Of a stretch of DNA of 64,000 nt, positions 9,761 to 18,536 are shown piece by piece (position 1 is the stretch's first letter; each line of letters starts with the position of its first letter). A program made the position numbers and the translations under genes. Under the pieces are notes generated by a model, which was not told the origin of the DNA, searched no databases, and saw nothing but the letters and a program-made list of their open reading frames with translations. Origin of the DNA: Bacilli bacterium (GTDB lineage Bacteria; Bacillota_I; Bacilli_A; RF39; UBA660); assembly GCA_017436345.1 (NCBI GenBank), contig JAFSDH010000004.1, forward strand, positions 200,084 through 264,083, in the 5' to 3' direction.

Positions 9761-10219
9761 ATGATTATTAACTATTCTGATGAAGAAATAAAAAAAGGAG
9801 AAAAATCAATCTTTCTAGCTGGTCCAACATCGAGAAAAGAAAGTACTAGGTGGCGAAAAGAAGCGATTGAAATATTAGAAAAGTTAGGCTTTGATGGAAT
9901 TGTATATAATCCAGAATATTCTACTAATTTACCAAAAGAAGATTATGTTGATCAAGCAATGTGGGAAAGACATGGTCTAACGAATGCTACTATAATTTTA
10001 TTTTGGGTTCCTAGACATTTACCTGATATGCCAGCCTTTACAACTAATGTTGAATTTGGTTATTGGCTTCATTCTGGTAAAGTTCTTTATGGAAGACCAG
10101 ATGATGCTGAAAAAATAAAATATCTAGACTGGTTATATGAATTAGATTATAATAAGAAACCAATAAATGATTTAAAATCATTGTTAGAAGAAGCAGTAAA
10201 AATAATAAATAATAAATAG
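9761..10219 (+). CDS. Nucleoside 2-deoxyribosyltransferase-like protein
   Basis: 152 aa. IFLAGP near the N-terminus and ILFWVPRHLPDMPAFTTNVEFGYW, the pattern of the NDT-like (N-glycosidase fold) family. Confidence 0.5.
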   Translation: MIINYSDEEIKKGEKSIFLAGPTSRKESTRWRKEAIEILEKLGFDGIVYNPEYSTNLPKEDYVDQAMWERHGLTNATIILFWVPRHLPDMPAFTTNVEFGYWLHSGKVLYGRPDDAEKIKYLDWLYELDYNKKPINDLKSLLEEAVKIINNK

Positions 10220-10234
10220 ACAGGGAGGGATAAT

Positions 10235-11293
10235 ATGCTAAAAGATTTATGTTTTGAGATTCTAAAAGCATGTCCCAATAACTGTCTTTTTTGTTCTTCA
10301 AACGCAGGTATTAACTGTAATGAAGTAATAGAATTAGAACTATTTAAAAAAACATTAAATCATATTTATGATAAATATGGAATTGAAGAAATATCGATAT
10401 CTGGTGGAGAACCTTTCTTACATCCTAATTTATTTGAAATAATAAAAGCTTGTAAAGAAAAAAATATAAGAACCATTATCTTTACTAGTGGTATAAAAAG
10501 AAATAGTGATATACCTTTGGATGAAAAAGAAGTCCTAATAGAAGAAATGAAAAAGAAGCTAGAAGAAATTGAAAAACATGAACCATGGAATCAAAAAGCT
10601 AAAGATAGAATAACTAATTATTATCAAAGTCTTTTAAACCCAAGAAATTTTACTAACTTATCAACTGAAGAATTACAAAAATTAAAAGATATTGGGCTTG
10701 ATAAAATTGTTTTTGATTGGCAAGCATTAACTGAAGATAACTATAATGAATTAATGGGAACAAAAAAACTTCTTACTTCTTTATTAACATCTGTTATAAA
10801 AGCAAGTAGTGTTGGTTTAGATATTGATGTTCATTTTATCCCTAATAAAATTAATTACCAAGAATTTCCTGATATTTTAGAATGTTTAGAAATAGCTGGT
10901 GTAAAAAATATAAGTATTTTAAACTTTGTTCCTCAAGGAAGAGGAGAAATAAATCAAGAACGACTTCTTTTAGATAGTGAAGAAATGCAGGAGTTTATTG
11001 ATATATATAATAATTGTAAAGATCTTTTTACAGGAAAAATTAGAGTAGGTATTCCTTTGAGTAAAGATTCCACTCATAAATGTACTGCCGGATTAGATAA
11101 ATTAGTCATTAAATATGATGGAACGGTTTTACCTTGTCCAGCTTTTAAAGAAATCGATATAGAATTATTAGAAAAATATGGTGTAAAGAAAATAAACATA
11201 AGAGAAAATCTTGAAGATATAAGAGTTATCAATGGTACTAGAAAAAATCCATTATGTAAGACAATTTATGATAACAACAAACTAAAAATATAG
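10235..11293 (+). CDS. Radical SAM enzyme with C-terminal twitch/SPASM-like element
   Basis: 352 aa. CX3CX2C = CPNNCLFC, SAM-binding SGGEPF, a helical insertion (residues ~95-160), and C-terminal CTAGLDKLVIKYDGTVLPCPAFK. Confidence 0.8.
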   Translation: MLKDLCFEILKACPNNCLFCSSNAGINCNEVIELELFKKTLNHIYDKYGIEEISISGGEPFLHPNLFEIIKACKEKNIRTIIFTSGIKRNSDIPLDEKEVLIEEMKKKLEEIEKHEPWNQKAKDRITNYYQSLLNPRNFTNLSTEELQKLKDIGLDKIVFDWQALTEDNYNELMGTKKLLTSLLTSVIKASSVGLDIDVHFIPNKINYQEFPDILECLEIAGVKNISILNFVPQGRGEINQERLLLDSEEMQEFIDIYNNCKDLFTGKIRVGIPLSKDSTHKCTAGLDKLVIKYDGTVLPCPAFKEIDIELLEKYGVKKINIRENLEDIRVINGTRKNPLCKTIYDNNKLKI

Positions 11294-11326
11294 TATAATA
11301 ATTTATAGTAGAAAGAGGTGTTTAAA

Positions 11327-11995
11327 ATGATTAAAGCATCACAAGCATATGAATTATTAATCGAAGATGTAATTTATAAAAAAGAAGATATGTTTAAACC
11401 AGAAAATAAATGGGTACTTCATTGTGTTTTTACAGCTATCGCATCTCAAAGAATTGCCCAAAAGTTAGGATTAGATTCTAATAGAGCTATGGCTATGGGG
11501 TATCTTCATGATATTGGAAGAAAGATAAGTCATCCTAATCATGCTATAGAAGGATATAAATATTTATTAAATGAAGGATTAAAAGAAGAAGCATCTATTT
11601 GCTTAACACATTCTTTTATTGATAATGATATAACAATGACCGCAGGTGGTGGACCTGAAACTCAAGAAAAGTATGAATATATAAATAATTTCTTAGTTAA
11701 TACACCATGTACAATATACGATAATATTGTTCAAATGAGTGATTTATTTTGTTTAGAAACAGGTTTTACAACAATGGAAAATCGCCTACTAGATATAAGT
11801 AAAAGGAAAGGAATCTATCCTAACTCTCTAGATCATTTTAAAAAGGCTATGTCCTTAAAAGAAAGACTTGATACAATGCTTGGATGTGATTTATATGATT
11901 TGTTTCCTGAGATAAAAAAAGAAGATAAAGAAAGAATTAATGAAGATCGAAATGAGTTAATGACACTGCTTTCCAATCCTCAAAAAAAATTATAG
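11327..11995 (+). CDS. HD-domain phosphohydrolase
   Basis: H...HDIGR motif (VLHCVF..., GYLHDIGRK). ATG 11327 follows SD AAGAGG. The track start 11318 is a GTG inside the SD. Confidence 0.75.
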   Translation: MIKASQAYELLIEDVIYKKEDMFKPENKWVLHCVFTAIASQRIAQKLGLDSNRAMAMGYLHDIGRKISHPNHAIEGYKYLLNEGLKEEASICLTHSFIDNDITMTAGGGPETQEKYEYINNFLVNTPCTIYDNIVQMSDLFCLETGFTTMENRLLDISKRKGIYPNSLDHFKKAMSLKERLDTMLGCDLYDLFPEIKKEDKERINEDRNELMTLLSNPQKKL

Positions 11996-12068
11996 AATTA
12001 TAATAAAAAAATATGACAAAAAAATATATTATGATATAATAGAATATATAATAAGGAGTTGTGTTAGG

Positions 12069-12323
12069 ATGAACGTAGAAGAATTAAAAAAATATCAAGA
12101 AACATTAGAAAATAAATATGAAGAAATTGACCATTTAATTACGCAAATAGAAGAAATAGAAGAAAAAGAAGCTGAACTACAACGTTTAGAATATATTCAA
12201 GATAAAATAGATGATCAATTAGATTTATTAGATGACATTATTGAAGGAATATATGAAGTTCCACGTAAATATAATGAACTTTTAGGACTAAAAAAAGAAT
12301 ATGAAAAATTATTAGGTGATTAA
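12069..12323 (+). CDS. Hypothetical acidic coiled-coil protein
   Basis: 84 aa, Glu/Leu-rich heptad-like sequence. First gene of a 3-gene operon. Confidence 0.5.
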   Translation: MNVEELKKYQETLENKYEEIDHLITQIEEIEEKEAELQRLEYIQDKIDDQLDLLDDIIEGIYEVPRKYNELLGLKKEYEKLLGD

Positions 12324-12324
12324 G

Positions 12325-14241
12325 ATGAATAATAGTAGTATCCATATTTCTAAATTTGGATATTTCTATTCTTACTGTCTTAATAACGAACATGATAAAA
12401 AAATAAAAAGGGAAATATCAAAATTAAAAGAAATAGTTTATTTAACTAATAATCTAGGTGCTGTAAATAATAACGTATATAATAAAAAAGTATCTCGTAA
12501 AGAAGAAAGAGTAGAGTCTATTTTAAAAAGAATAGCTAAGAAAAATCCAGATTTTTTAATTTCATTTCTTGAAGAATATAATTATGAAAATGAAATATCT
12601 AAAAAAGAGTCTGATCCATTAATTATTGCAAGACATATTGCTCAATCATTTTATGATACATATCAAATAAAGAAAAAAAGAAAAAGTAATATAGTATCTA
12701 GAAAAAATAATTATCAAGCTAAAGAAAATGATATAGTTATTAATTTAACTGATGAAGAAAAAGAAAAATTAGATTCTAAAAGTCATACTAATGAAGAGTT
12801 TTCTAAATTCCTATCAGAACTAAAAAAATGTAAATATAATAATATAATTAGACAAATAACTATTTTAGATAATATTTTGCATACTGAATTTAAACAAGAT
12901 ATTACTAAAGAAGACTTTGATAAAGTAGTAAAAGTAATGTCTAGATATGCTAATTATAATATCGATGTATTATTTAAAAAAGGATATAATTATCCATTTA
13001 GAAAAGATTTTATTAAAGTATTATCTAAATTAATATATATTTATAAATTAGACGAAAGAACTTTAAGTGATTTAAACAAACATTTAAAAGAAACATTTAA
13101 AAAAGAATTATTAAATAAATATAGTAATTATAAAAATACAAAAAAGAAGAAAAAAGATTTTGGATATGAAATATCTAATGATACTTCTACTAATATGTTA
13201 GTAAAAATAAATGGAGATTTATTAGAAGAAAAAAAGATTTTAATTGATAAATATAATAAAGGCGAAAAGATAAAATTTGATCGTCCGTATTCAAATTCAA
13301 TTCAAGCTAAAAAAGTAGATATTATTAATTCATACTTTGATGAAAGATATGAATTTGAATTAACACATGATTCAACTGAAGAAGAATTTGTAAAATTTAT
13401 TATGAATTTATGTAACTTGGCTGATGAAATTACTGATGACATGTTTAAAGAAGTATTATTCGCTGCTCATGATTCTTCTAATCTAGCGCAAGTTCAATCG
13501 TATGAAAAAAATGAAGCTCTTCGTACATTATATTCTTTGTATCCATCAAAAGATAGATTAGAAAAATATGAAAAAACTAAGAGAAAATTTGAACAAACAT
13601 TCCAAAAACTAACTAATACTAAAAGAGATAATATTTATAAAAAAGTATATGAAGAAAAACAAAAGAAACATATACCAATAAATGAATTATTACCAAGTAA
13701 AGAAGCTATTCTTAGTGATTTAGTTATAAGAGAAACAAAGTTCATTGATTCTCACGCTGTTGAAGAGTTTAAACATAAAGCCCTAAATTATGGTAAATAT
13801 CTAAATTATGATTTAGAAATAGTAGCAAGAGACATTGATGTTAACGAACTACCTGGTATATATCAAAAATTAAAAAGAAATATTACATATACTAACTTTG
13901 TTGAAGAAATAAAACCTGGTGAAGATCGTGAAAAGAAATATAAAGAAGCAAGAATAATTCAAAGAAAAACTTTAGCTGTAGCTCAAGAAATGATTGCTAA
14001 AACAATACTTAACAAAAGTTATAGTCGTGAATATGATATGTCATACGATAGTTACCAAGCTATTTTAAATAATATTTATAAGAATATTCTTCATGAAGAA
14101 AAACTTCTTAATTCATATGATGAATTTAATGACGAAGAAGAATTATTAGAAAGATCATATAATGAGAAAAAGAAAGAATGGGATGAAAAAAGTGCCTTTG
14201 TTAAAGCTTTGTATTTAGTAATCTCTAATAAAGAAGGATAG
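12325..14241 (+). CDS. Hypothetical large Lys/Glu/Asn-rich protein
   Basis: About 638 aa from ATG 12325 (alternative GTG 12316). No motif recognised. Coupled to the flanking small genes. Confidence 0.6.
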   Translation: MNNSSIHISKFGYFYSYCLNNEHDKKIKREISKLKEIVYLTNNLGAVNNNVYNKKVSRKEERVESILKRIAKKNPDFLISFLEEYNYENEISKKESDPLIIARHIAQSFYDTYQIKKKRKSNIVSRKNNYQAKENDIVINLTDEEKEKLDSKSHTNEEFSKFLSELKKCKYNNIIRQITILDNILHTEFKQDITKEDFDKVVKVMSRYANYNIDVLFKKGYNYPFRKDFIKVLSKLIYIYKLDERTLSDLNKHLKETFKKELLNKYSNYKNTKKKKKDFGYEISNDTSTNMLVKINGDLLEEKKILIDKYNKGEKIKFDRPYSNSIQAKKVDIINSYFDERYEFELTHDSTEEEFVKFIMNLCNLADEITDDMFKEVLFAAHDSSNLAQVQSYEKNEALRTLYSLYPSKDRLEKYEKTKRKFEQTFQKLTNTKRDNIYKKVYEEKQKKHIPINELLPSKEAILSDLVIRETKFIDSHAVEEFKHKALNYGKYLNYDLEIVARDIDVNELPGIYQKLKRNITYTNFVEEIKPGEDREKKYKEARIIQRKTLAVAQEMIAKTILNKSYSREYDMSYDSYQAILNNIYKNILHEEKLLNSYDEFNDEEELLERSYNEKKKEWDEKSAFVKALYLVISNKEG

Positions 14242-14249
14242 GTGGAAAT

Positions 14250-14507
14250 ATGTTTGAAGAATTATTACAGCAATATCAAAAACTACCTATTGATAGTAAA
14301 AGAGAAAAAAATATTGAAGAATTAAAACTAGTAGTTGCTATGTTACAGTTATTGTGTGATCATAAAAAAATTAAATATGAAGATATAAATATCGTTGATA
14401 CAAATAGTTTCCAAAATGAAAGTGAATATTTAAATATTATTTATACATATGTAACAGCACTAAAAGAACAATTAGGTAGTTATGTACTAGAAGTAGAAAA
14501 AAAGTAG
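14250..14507 (+). CDS. Hypothetical small helical protein
   Basis: 85 aa. 8 nt after the preceding stop, followed by an intrinsic terminator. Confidence 0.5.
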   Translation: MFEELLQQYQKLPIDSKREKNIEELKLVVAMLQLLCDHKKIKYEDINIVDTNSFQNESEYLNIIYTYVTALKEQLGSYVLEVEKK

Positions 14508-14526
14508 TAGAAATACTACTTTTTAT
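14501..14526 (+). terminator. Intrinsic terminator
   Basis: AGTAGTA-gaaa-TACTACT, then TTTT. Confidence 0.65.
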
Positions 14527-14527
14527 A

Positions 14528-14575
14528 TTTACAAAAAAAATAAATACTGGTATAATTAAATAGTAATCATTACTA
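14528..14575 (+). promoter_or_regulatory. perR-rbr promoter with Fur/PerR-type 7-1-7 box
   Basis: TTTACA (14528-14533), 17 nt, TATAAT (14551-14556). Perfect inverted repeat TAGTAAT-C-ATTACTA at 14561-14575. Confidence 0.6.
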
Positions 14576-14592
14576 ATAAGGGGAGATGTAGT

Positions 14593-14949
14593 TTGCGTAA
14601 TACAAAGCAAAAAGACCTTATCTTAAAGATTATTAATAATAGTTGTAATCATCCAACAGCCAATGAAGTATATGAAATTGCTAGATTAGATATTCCCAAT
14701 ATTAGTTTAGGAACAGTATATCGTATATTAAATAATCTAGTAGAAAAAGGCAAAATTAGAAATATTAATACTATGGATGATATTCATCATTATGATAATA
14801 TTAATCATAAACATGATCATTTTATTTGTATAAAATGTGGTTTAGTTGAAGATGTTGAAAAAAAGAGTAAAGAAATAAAAACTATTAATAATAATCAAGT
14901 ATTAGATTGCGACATAACATACAAAGGCATATGTGAAAAATGTATATAA
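14593..14949 (+). CDS. perR: Fur-family metalloregulator, PerR-like
   Basis: 118 aa, TTG start. Winged-helix LGTVYRILNNLVEKG, a His cluster HHYDNINHKHDH, and structural CxxC pairs CIKC / CEKC. Upstream of rubrerythrin, with a 7-1-7 box in its promoter. Confidence 0.75.
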   Translation: MRNTKQKDLILKIINNSCNHPTANEVYEIARLDIPNISLGTVYRILNNLVEKGKIRNINTMDDIHHYDNINHKHDHFICIKCGLVEDVEKKSKEIKTINNNQVLDCDITYKGICEKCI

Positions 14950-14964
14950 AATGGAGGAAATATT

Positions 14965-15507
14965 ATGGAATTAAAAGGAAGTAAAACAGAACAAAATTTA
15001 ATGGCAGCATTCGCTGGAGAAAGTCAAGCAAGAAATAAATATACTTATTATGCTAGTAAAGCTAAAAAAGAAGGATATGAACAAATTGCTGCTTTATTTG
15101 AAGAAACAGCTAACAATGAAAAAGAACATGCTAAAATGTGGTTTAAAGAATTACATGGTGGAGAAGTTCCTACTACAGCTGAAAATTTATTAGATGCAGC
15201 TGAAGGTGAAAACTATGAATGGACTGATATGTATGCAGAATTTGCAAAAACAGCTAGAGAAGAAGGATTTACTCGTATTGCATTATTATTTGAAGGTGTA
15301 GCTAAAATTGAAAAAGAACATGAAGAAAGATATCGTAAATTATTAGAAAACGTTAATAATGAAATGGTATTTAGTAAAGACGGAGAAAAAGTATGGGTAT
15401 GTCGTAATTGTGGACATGTACATGTTGGAAAAGATGCTCCAAAAGTTTGTCCAGTATGTGCTCATCCACAAGCATACTTTGAAGTTAAAGCAGATAACTA
15501 TATGTAA
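14965..15507 (+). CDS. rbr: Rubrerythrin
   Basis: 180 aa. Di-iron four-helix ExxH motifs ([16 protein letters not shown]) plus a C-terminal rubredoxin-like CRNCG...CPVC. Confidence 0.95.
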   Translation: MELKGSKTEQNLMAAFAGESQARNKYTYYASKAKKEGYEQIAALFEETANNEKEHAKMWFKELHGGEVPTTAENLLDAAEGENYEWTDMYAEFAKTAREEGFTRIALLFEGVAKIEKEHEERYRKLLENVNNEMVFSKDGEKVWVCRNCGHVHVGKDAPKVCPVCAHPQAYFEVKADNYM

Positions 15508-15512
15508 AATGA

Positions 15513-15538
15513 AAAAGCATTTGAAAAATGCTTTTTTT
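15513..15538 (+). terminator. Intrinsic terminator
   Basis: AAAAGCATTT-gaa-AAATGCTTTT, then a T-run. Confidence 0.75.
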
Positions 15539-15539
15539 A

Positions 15540-15548
15540 TGTTATAAT
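15540..15548 (+). promoter_or_regulatory. Extended -10 element (TGTTATAAT)
   Basis: Directly after the rbr terminator and ahead of 15574..16125. Confidence 0.4.
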
Positions 15549-15573
15549 ATGAGCCACAAAAAGGGGGATATAT

Positions 15574-16125
15574 ATGGAATTAAAATTTTATAGAACTTAT
15601 AGTTGGGGCGGAGTAGAAGGAAGAGATATTGAAAAAAGAGATTTTGTTACAGAATCTCTAGCTAGAAAAGATGCTCTTTTAGATACTTGGAATAATGGTT
15701 TCTCATTACATGAAGTTACTTTAACAATTGACAAAAGAGTTACAGAAAAAGATAAAGTATTAGAAAAAGAACTTGAATGCGGTTATGATATTATCATGAG
15801 AAGACGTGAAAATGGAGAAAAGGTATCTATTGATATCAACCCAGCACGTAGAAAATTTTATGAAGAAACAAAATTTCCTAAAAGCATAATTAGTTATTAT
15901 CGTACATATAGTTATGGTATAGAAGGACCACAAATTGAAACAAGGGATTTTAAAACAGAAGAAGATGCACGTCAAAATGCTTTAGATGATAAATATAATT
16001 CAGGTTTTACATTAGCGAGAGTAGATTTAATATTAGAAGGTAGAATTACTAAAAAAGTAACGGAATTGGGAGAAATAAAAAAAGAAGGTGCATCTTTAAT
16101 TGAAAACAAAGGGATTACAAAATAA
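15574..16125 (+). CDS. Hypothetical protein with an internal tandem domain duplication
   Basis: 183 aa. YRTYSWGGVEGRDIEKRDFVTESLARKDALLDTWNNGFSL repeats as YRTYSYGIEGPQIETRDFKTEEDARQNALDDKYNSGFTL. Confidence 0.55.
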   Translation: MELKFYRTYSWGGVEGRDIEKRDFVTESLARKDALLDTWNNGFSLHEVTLTIDKRVTEKDKVLEKELECGYDIIMRRRENGEKVSIDINPARRKFYEETKFPKSIISYYRTYSYGIEGPQIETRDFKTEEDARQNALDDKYNSGFTLARVDLILEGRITKKVTELGEIKKEGASLIENKGITK

Positions 16126-16161
16126 TCTCTTTTTTATGCTATAATAGACATAGGTGATTAT

Positions 16162-16704
16162 ATGAACAACATAGAAATAATGTATGATATTTTAATGAAT
16201 GATAATGTCGTAGAAAGTATTAATGAAAATTTAGGGACAATTTTGATGTTAATTCCTGAACTAAAACCGACTATTGGATTCGAACACAAACATCCGCATC
16301 ATCATTTAGATGTTTGGGATCATACGCTATATGCTTTAGGTCAATCAATAAAAGATTTTGATGTTAGATTAACACTTTTATTACATGATATTGGTAAGCC
16401 TCATTCTTATCAAGAAAAAGATGGTATAAGACATTTTAAAGGTCATCCTAAAGAATCAAAGAAAATGACTAAGAAAATATTGAAAAGATTAGGATTTAAT
16501 GATTTATATAATAAAAAAATATGTTATTTAGTAGGTAAACATGATGAACCAATTACTAACAAGGATATTAATAAATATCCAGAACTAACTAATAAACGAT
16601 TTGAAATTCAAAGATGTGATGCATTAGCGCATCATCCAGATAAATTAGAAAAAAGAATTAATTATTTGAACTATATAAGAGAAAAAATAAAAGTAAAGAG
16701 TTAA
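16162..16704 (+). CDS. Stand-alone HD-domain protein (similar to the HD half of CCA-adding/polyA-polymerase family enzymes)
   Basis: 180 aa. HHHLDVWDHT and LLLHDIGKP motifs. Confidence 0.7.
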   Translation: MNNIEIMYDILMNDNVVESINENLGTILMLIPELKPTIGFEHKHPHHHLDVWDHTLYALGQSIKDFDVRLTLLLHDIGKPHSYQEKDGIRHFKGHPKESKKMTKKILKRLGFNDLYNKKICYLVGKHDEPITNKDINKYPELTNKRFEIQRCDALAHHPDKLEKRINYLNYIREKIKVKS

Positions 16705-16759
16705 AAATATAAATTATATATGCTATACTTAAATAGATGATGAAAATAGGAGTGATTTT

Positions 16760-18499
16760 ATGGCATTCGGAAGACCAAAAAAATTAAAAGCAAAATGGGA
16801 AAAATTTTATTCTAAAGAAGAAATCGAATTTGAAGTTCCAAATATATCAATATATGAACAAGTAATGCAAACTGCTAAAACTTATCCAAATTATAAAGCA
16901 TATACTTATTTTGGTACTAAAGATACATTTAGAGGTTTTCATAAAGAAATATTAAGATGTGCAAAGGCTTTTAATGCTTTAGGTGTTAGAAAAGGTGATA
17001 TTGTTACTATTTGTATGCCTAATACACCAGAAGCTATTATTGCATTCTATGCTTTAAATAGATTAGGTGCTATTTCTAATATGATTCATCCATTATCTAG
17101 CGAAGAAGAAATCAAAAATTATTTACAAGAAGCAAAAAGTAAATATATGGTAATGGCTGATTTATGTTATGAAAAAGTAAAAAATATAAAAGATGAAACT
17201 AATTTAAAAAAGATTATTGTAGTTTCACCTAAAGATTCTATGCCAATGTTATTAAAAGTTGGTTATACTTTAACAAAACAAAGAAAATATAAAAGACCTA
17301 AATATAATAAGACTTATATATCTTGGTTAAAGTTTTTAACATATTCTTTAAAAAGAGAAACTTTACCAGAAATAGATTTTGGTAAAGATGATGCCGCAGT
17401 AATATTGCATAGTGGTGGAACAACTGGTAAACCAAAGGGAATTATTTTATCAAATGGTAGCTTTGTTGCTTTAACCCAACAAATAAAATATAAATTTAAA
17501 AGATTAAAACCAGGAGATTCTTGTCTAGCTATAATGCCGATTTTCCATGGTTTTGGATTAGCTGTTGGTATTCATACTTTTTATGCTTTAGGAATGAGTA
17601 CATCTATTCTTCCACAATTTGACGCAAAGACTTTTGATAAACTTTTAGATAAATATAAACCAAACTTAATGATTGGAGTTCCAACATTATATGAGGCTTT
17701 ATCCAATAACAAAAACGTAAAAAATCTGGATTTATCTAACTTAAAATATGTTATTTGCGGTGGAGATAGTCTTAACTATAACCTAGAACAAAAAATAACT
17801 AAATATTTAGAAGATCATGGTTGTACAGCAGGTATTCAACAAGGTTATGGAATGACTGAAGCACTAGCAGCAGTCGCATCAGGTTCTAAAGAAGTAAATA
17901 AAATAGGAAGTATCGGAGTTCCTTTTCCAGGAAATTATATTCAAATAGTTGATCCGGCAACCAAAAAAGAAGTTAAACCGGGAGAAAGTGGAGAAATATG
18001 TATCTGTGGACCAACTGTTATGATGGGATATTTAGATAATGAAAAAGAAACTAATGAAATGCTTCAAATTCATAAAGATGGTCATGTCTGGTTACACACT
18101 GGGGATTTAGGACATATGGATGAAGAAGGATTCATCTTCTATGAACAAAGATTAAAAAGAATGATTGTATCATCAGGTTATAATGTATATCCTCAATACG
18201 TAGAAGAAGCAATTGAAAAACATCCGGCTGTTTTACAATGTACAGTAGTAGGTGTACCACATCCATATAAAATGGAAGTACCAAAAGCCTTTATTGTTTT
18301 AAAAGAAGGGTATCACGCAACATTAATGACTAAAATAAGTATTAAAGATCACTGCAAAAAACATGTTGCGCATTATGCTGTTCCAAATAAATTTGTTTAT
18401 CGTAAATCACTACCAAAAACATTAATAGGTAAGATTGACTTTAAAGCTCTTCAACAAGATGAAGATGGCGATGATTACGATGAAGAAATAGATGAATAA
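16760..18499 (+). CDS. AMP-dependent synthetase/ligase (long-chain fatty acid-CoA ligase-like)
   Basis: 579 aa. LHSGGTTGKPKGI, YGMTE, GDLGHMDEEGFIFYEQRLKRMI. Confidence 0.9.
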   Translation: MAFGRPKKLKAKWEKFYSKEEIEFEVPNISIYEQVMQTAKTYPNYKAYTYFGTKDTFRGFHKEILRCAKAFNALGVRKGDIVTICMPNTPEAIIAFYALNRLGAISNMIHPLSSEEEIKNYLQEAKSKYMVMADLCYEKVKNIKDETNLKKIIVVSPKDSMPMLLKVGYTLTKQRKYKRPKYNKTYISWLKFLTYSLKRETLPEIDFGKDDAAVILHSGGTTGKPKGIILSNGSFVALTQQIKYKFKRLKPGDSCLAIMPIFHGFGLAVGIHTFYALGMSTSILPQFDAKTFDKLLDKYKPNLMIGVPTLYEALSNNKNVKNLDLSNLKYVICGGDSLNYNLEQKITKYLEDHGCTAGIQQGYGMTEALAAVASGSKEVNKIGSIGVPFPGNYIQIVDPATKKEVKPGESGEICICGPTVMMGYLDNEKETNEMLQIHKDGHVWLHTGDLGHMDEEGFIFYEQRLKRMIVSSGYNVYPQYVEEAIEKHPAVLQCTVVGVPHPYKMEVPKAFIVLKEGYHATLMTKISIKDHCKKHVAHYAVPNKFVYRKSLPKTLIGKIDFKALQQDEDGDDYDEEIDE

Positions 18500-18503
18500 A
18501 TAT

Positions 18504-18536
18504 AAAAAATAGTACTTATTTAAGTACTATTTTTTA
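18504..18536. terminator. Bidirectional terminator between convergent genes
   Basis: ATAGTACTTA / TAAGTACTAT palindrome flanked by an A-run and a T-run. Confidence 0.7.

Noticed and set aside
10235-11293. The radical SAM enzyme as a prokaryotic viperin-like antiviral nucleotide-modifying enzyme. The same idea was considered for 55864..56784.
   Set aside because: The sequence around the CX3CX2C cluster, the overall length and the insertions do not resemble my recollection of viperin-type sequences. No defence-island context (no nucleases, ATPases or mobile genes) surrounds either gene.
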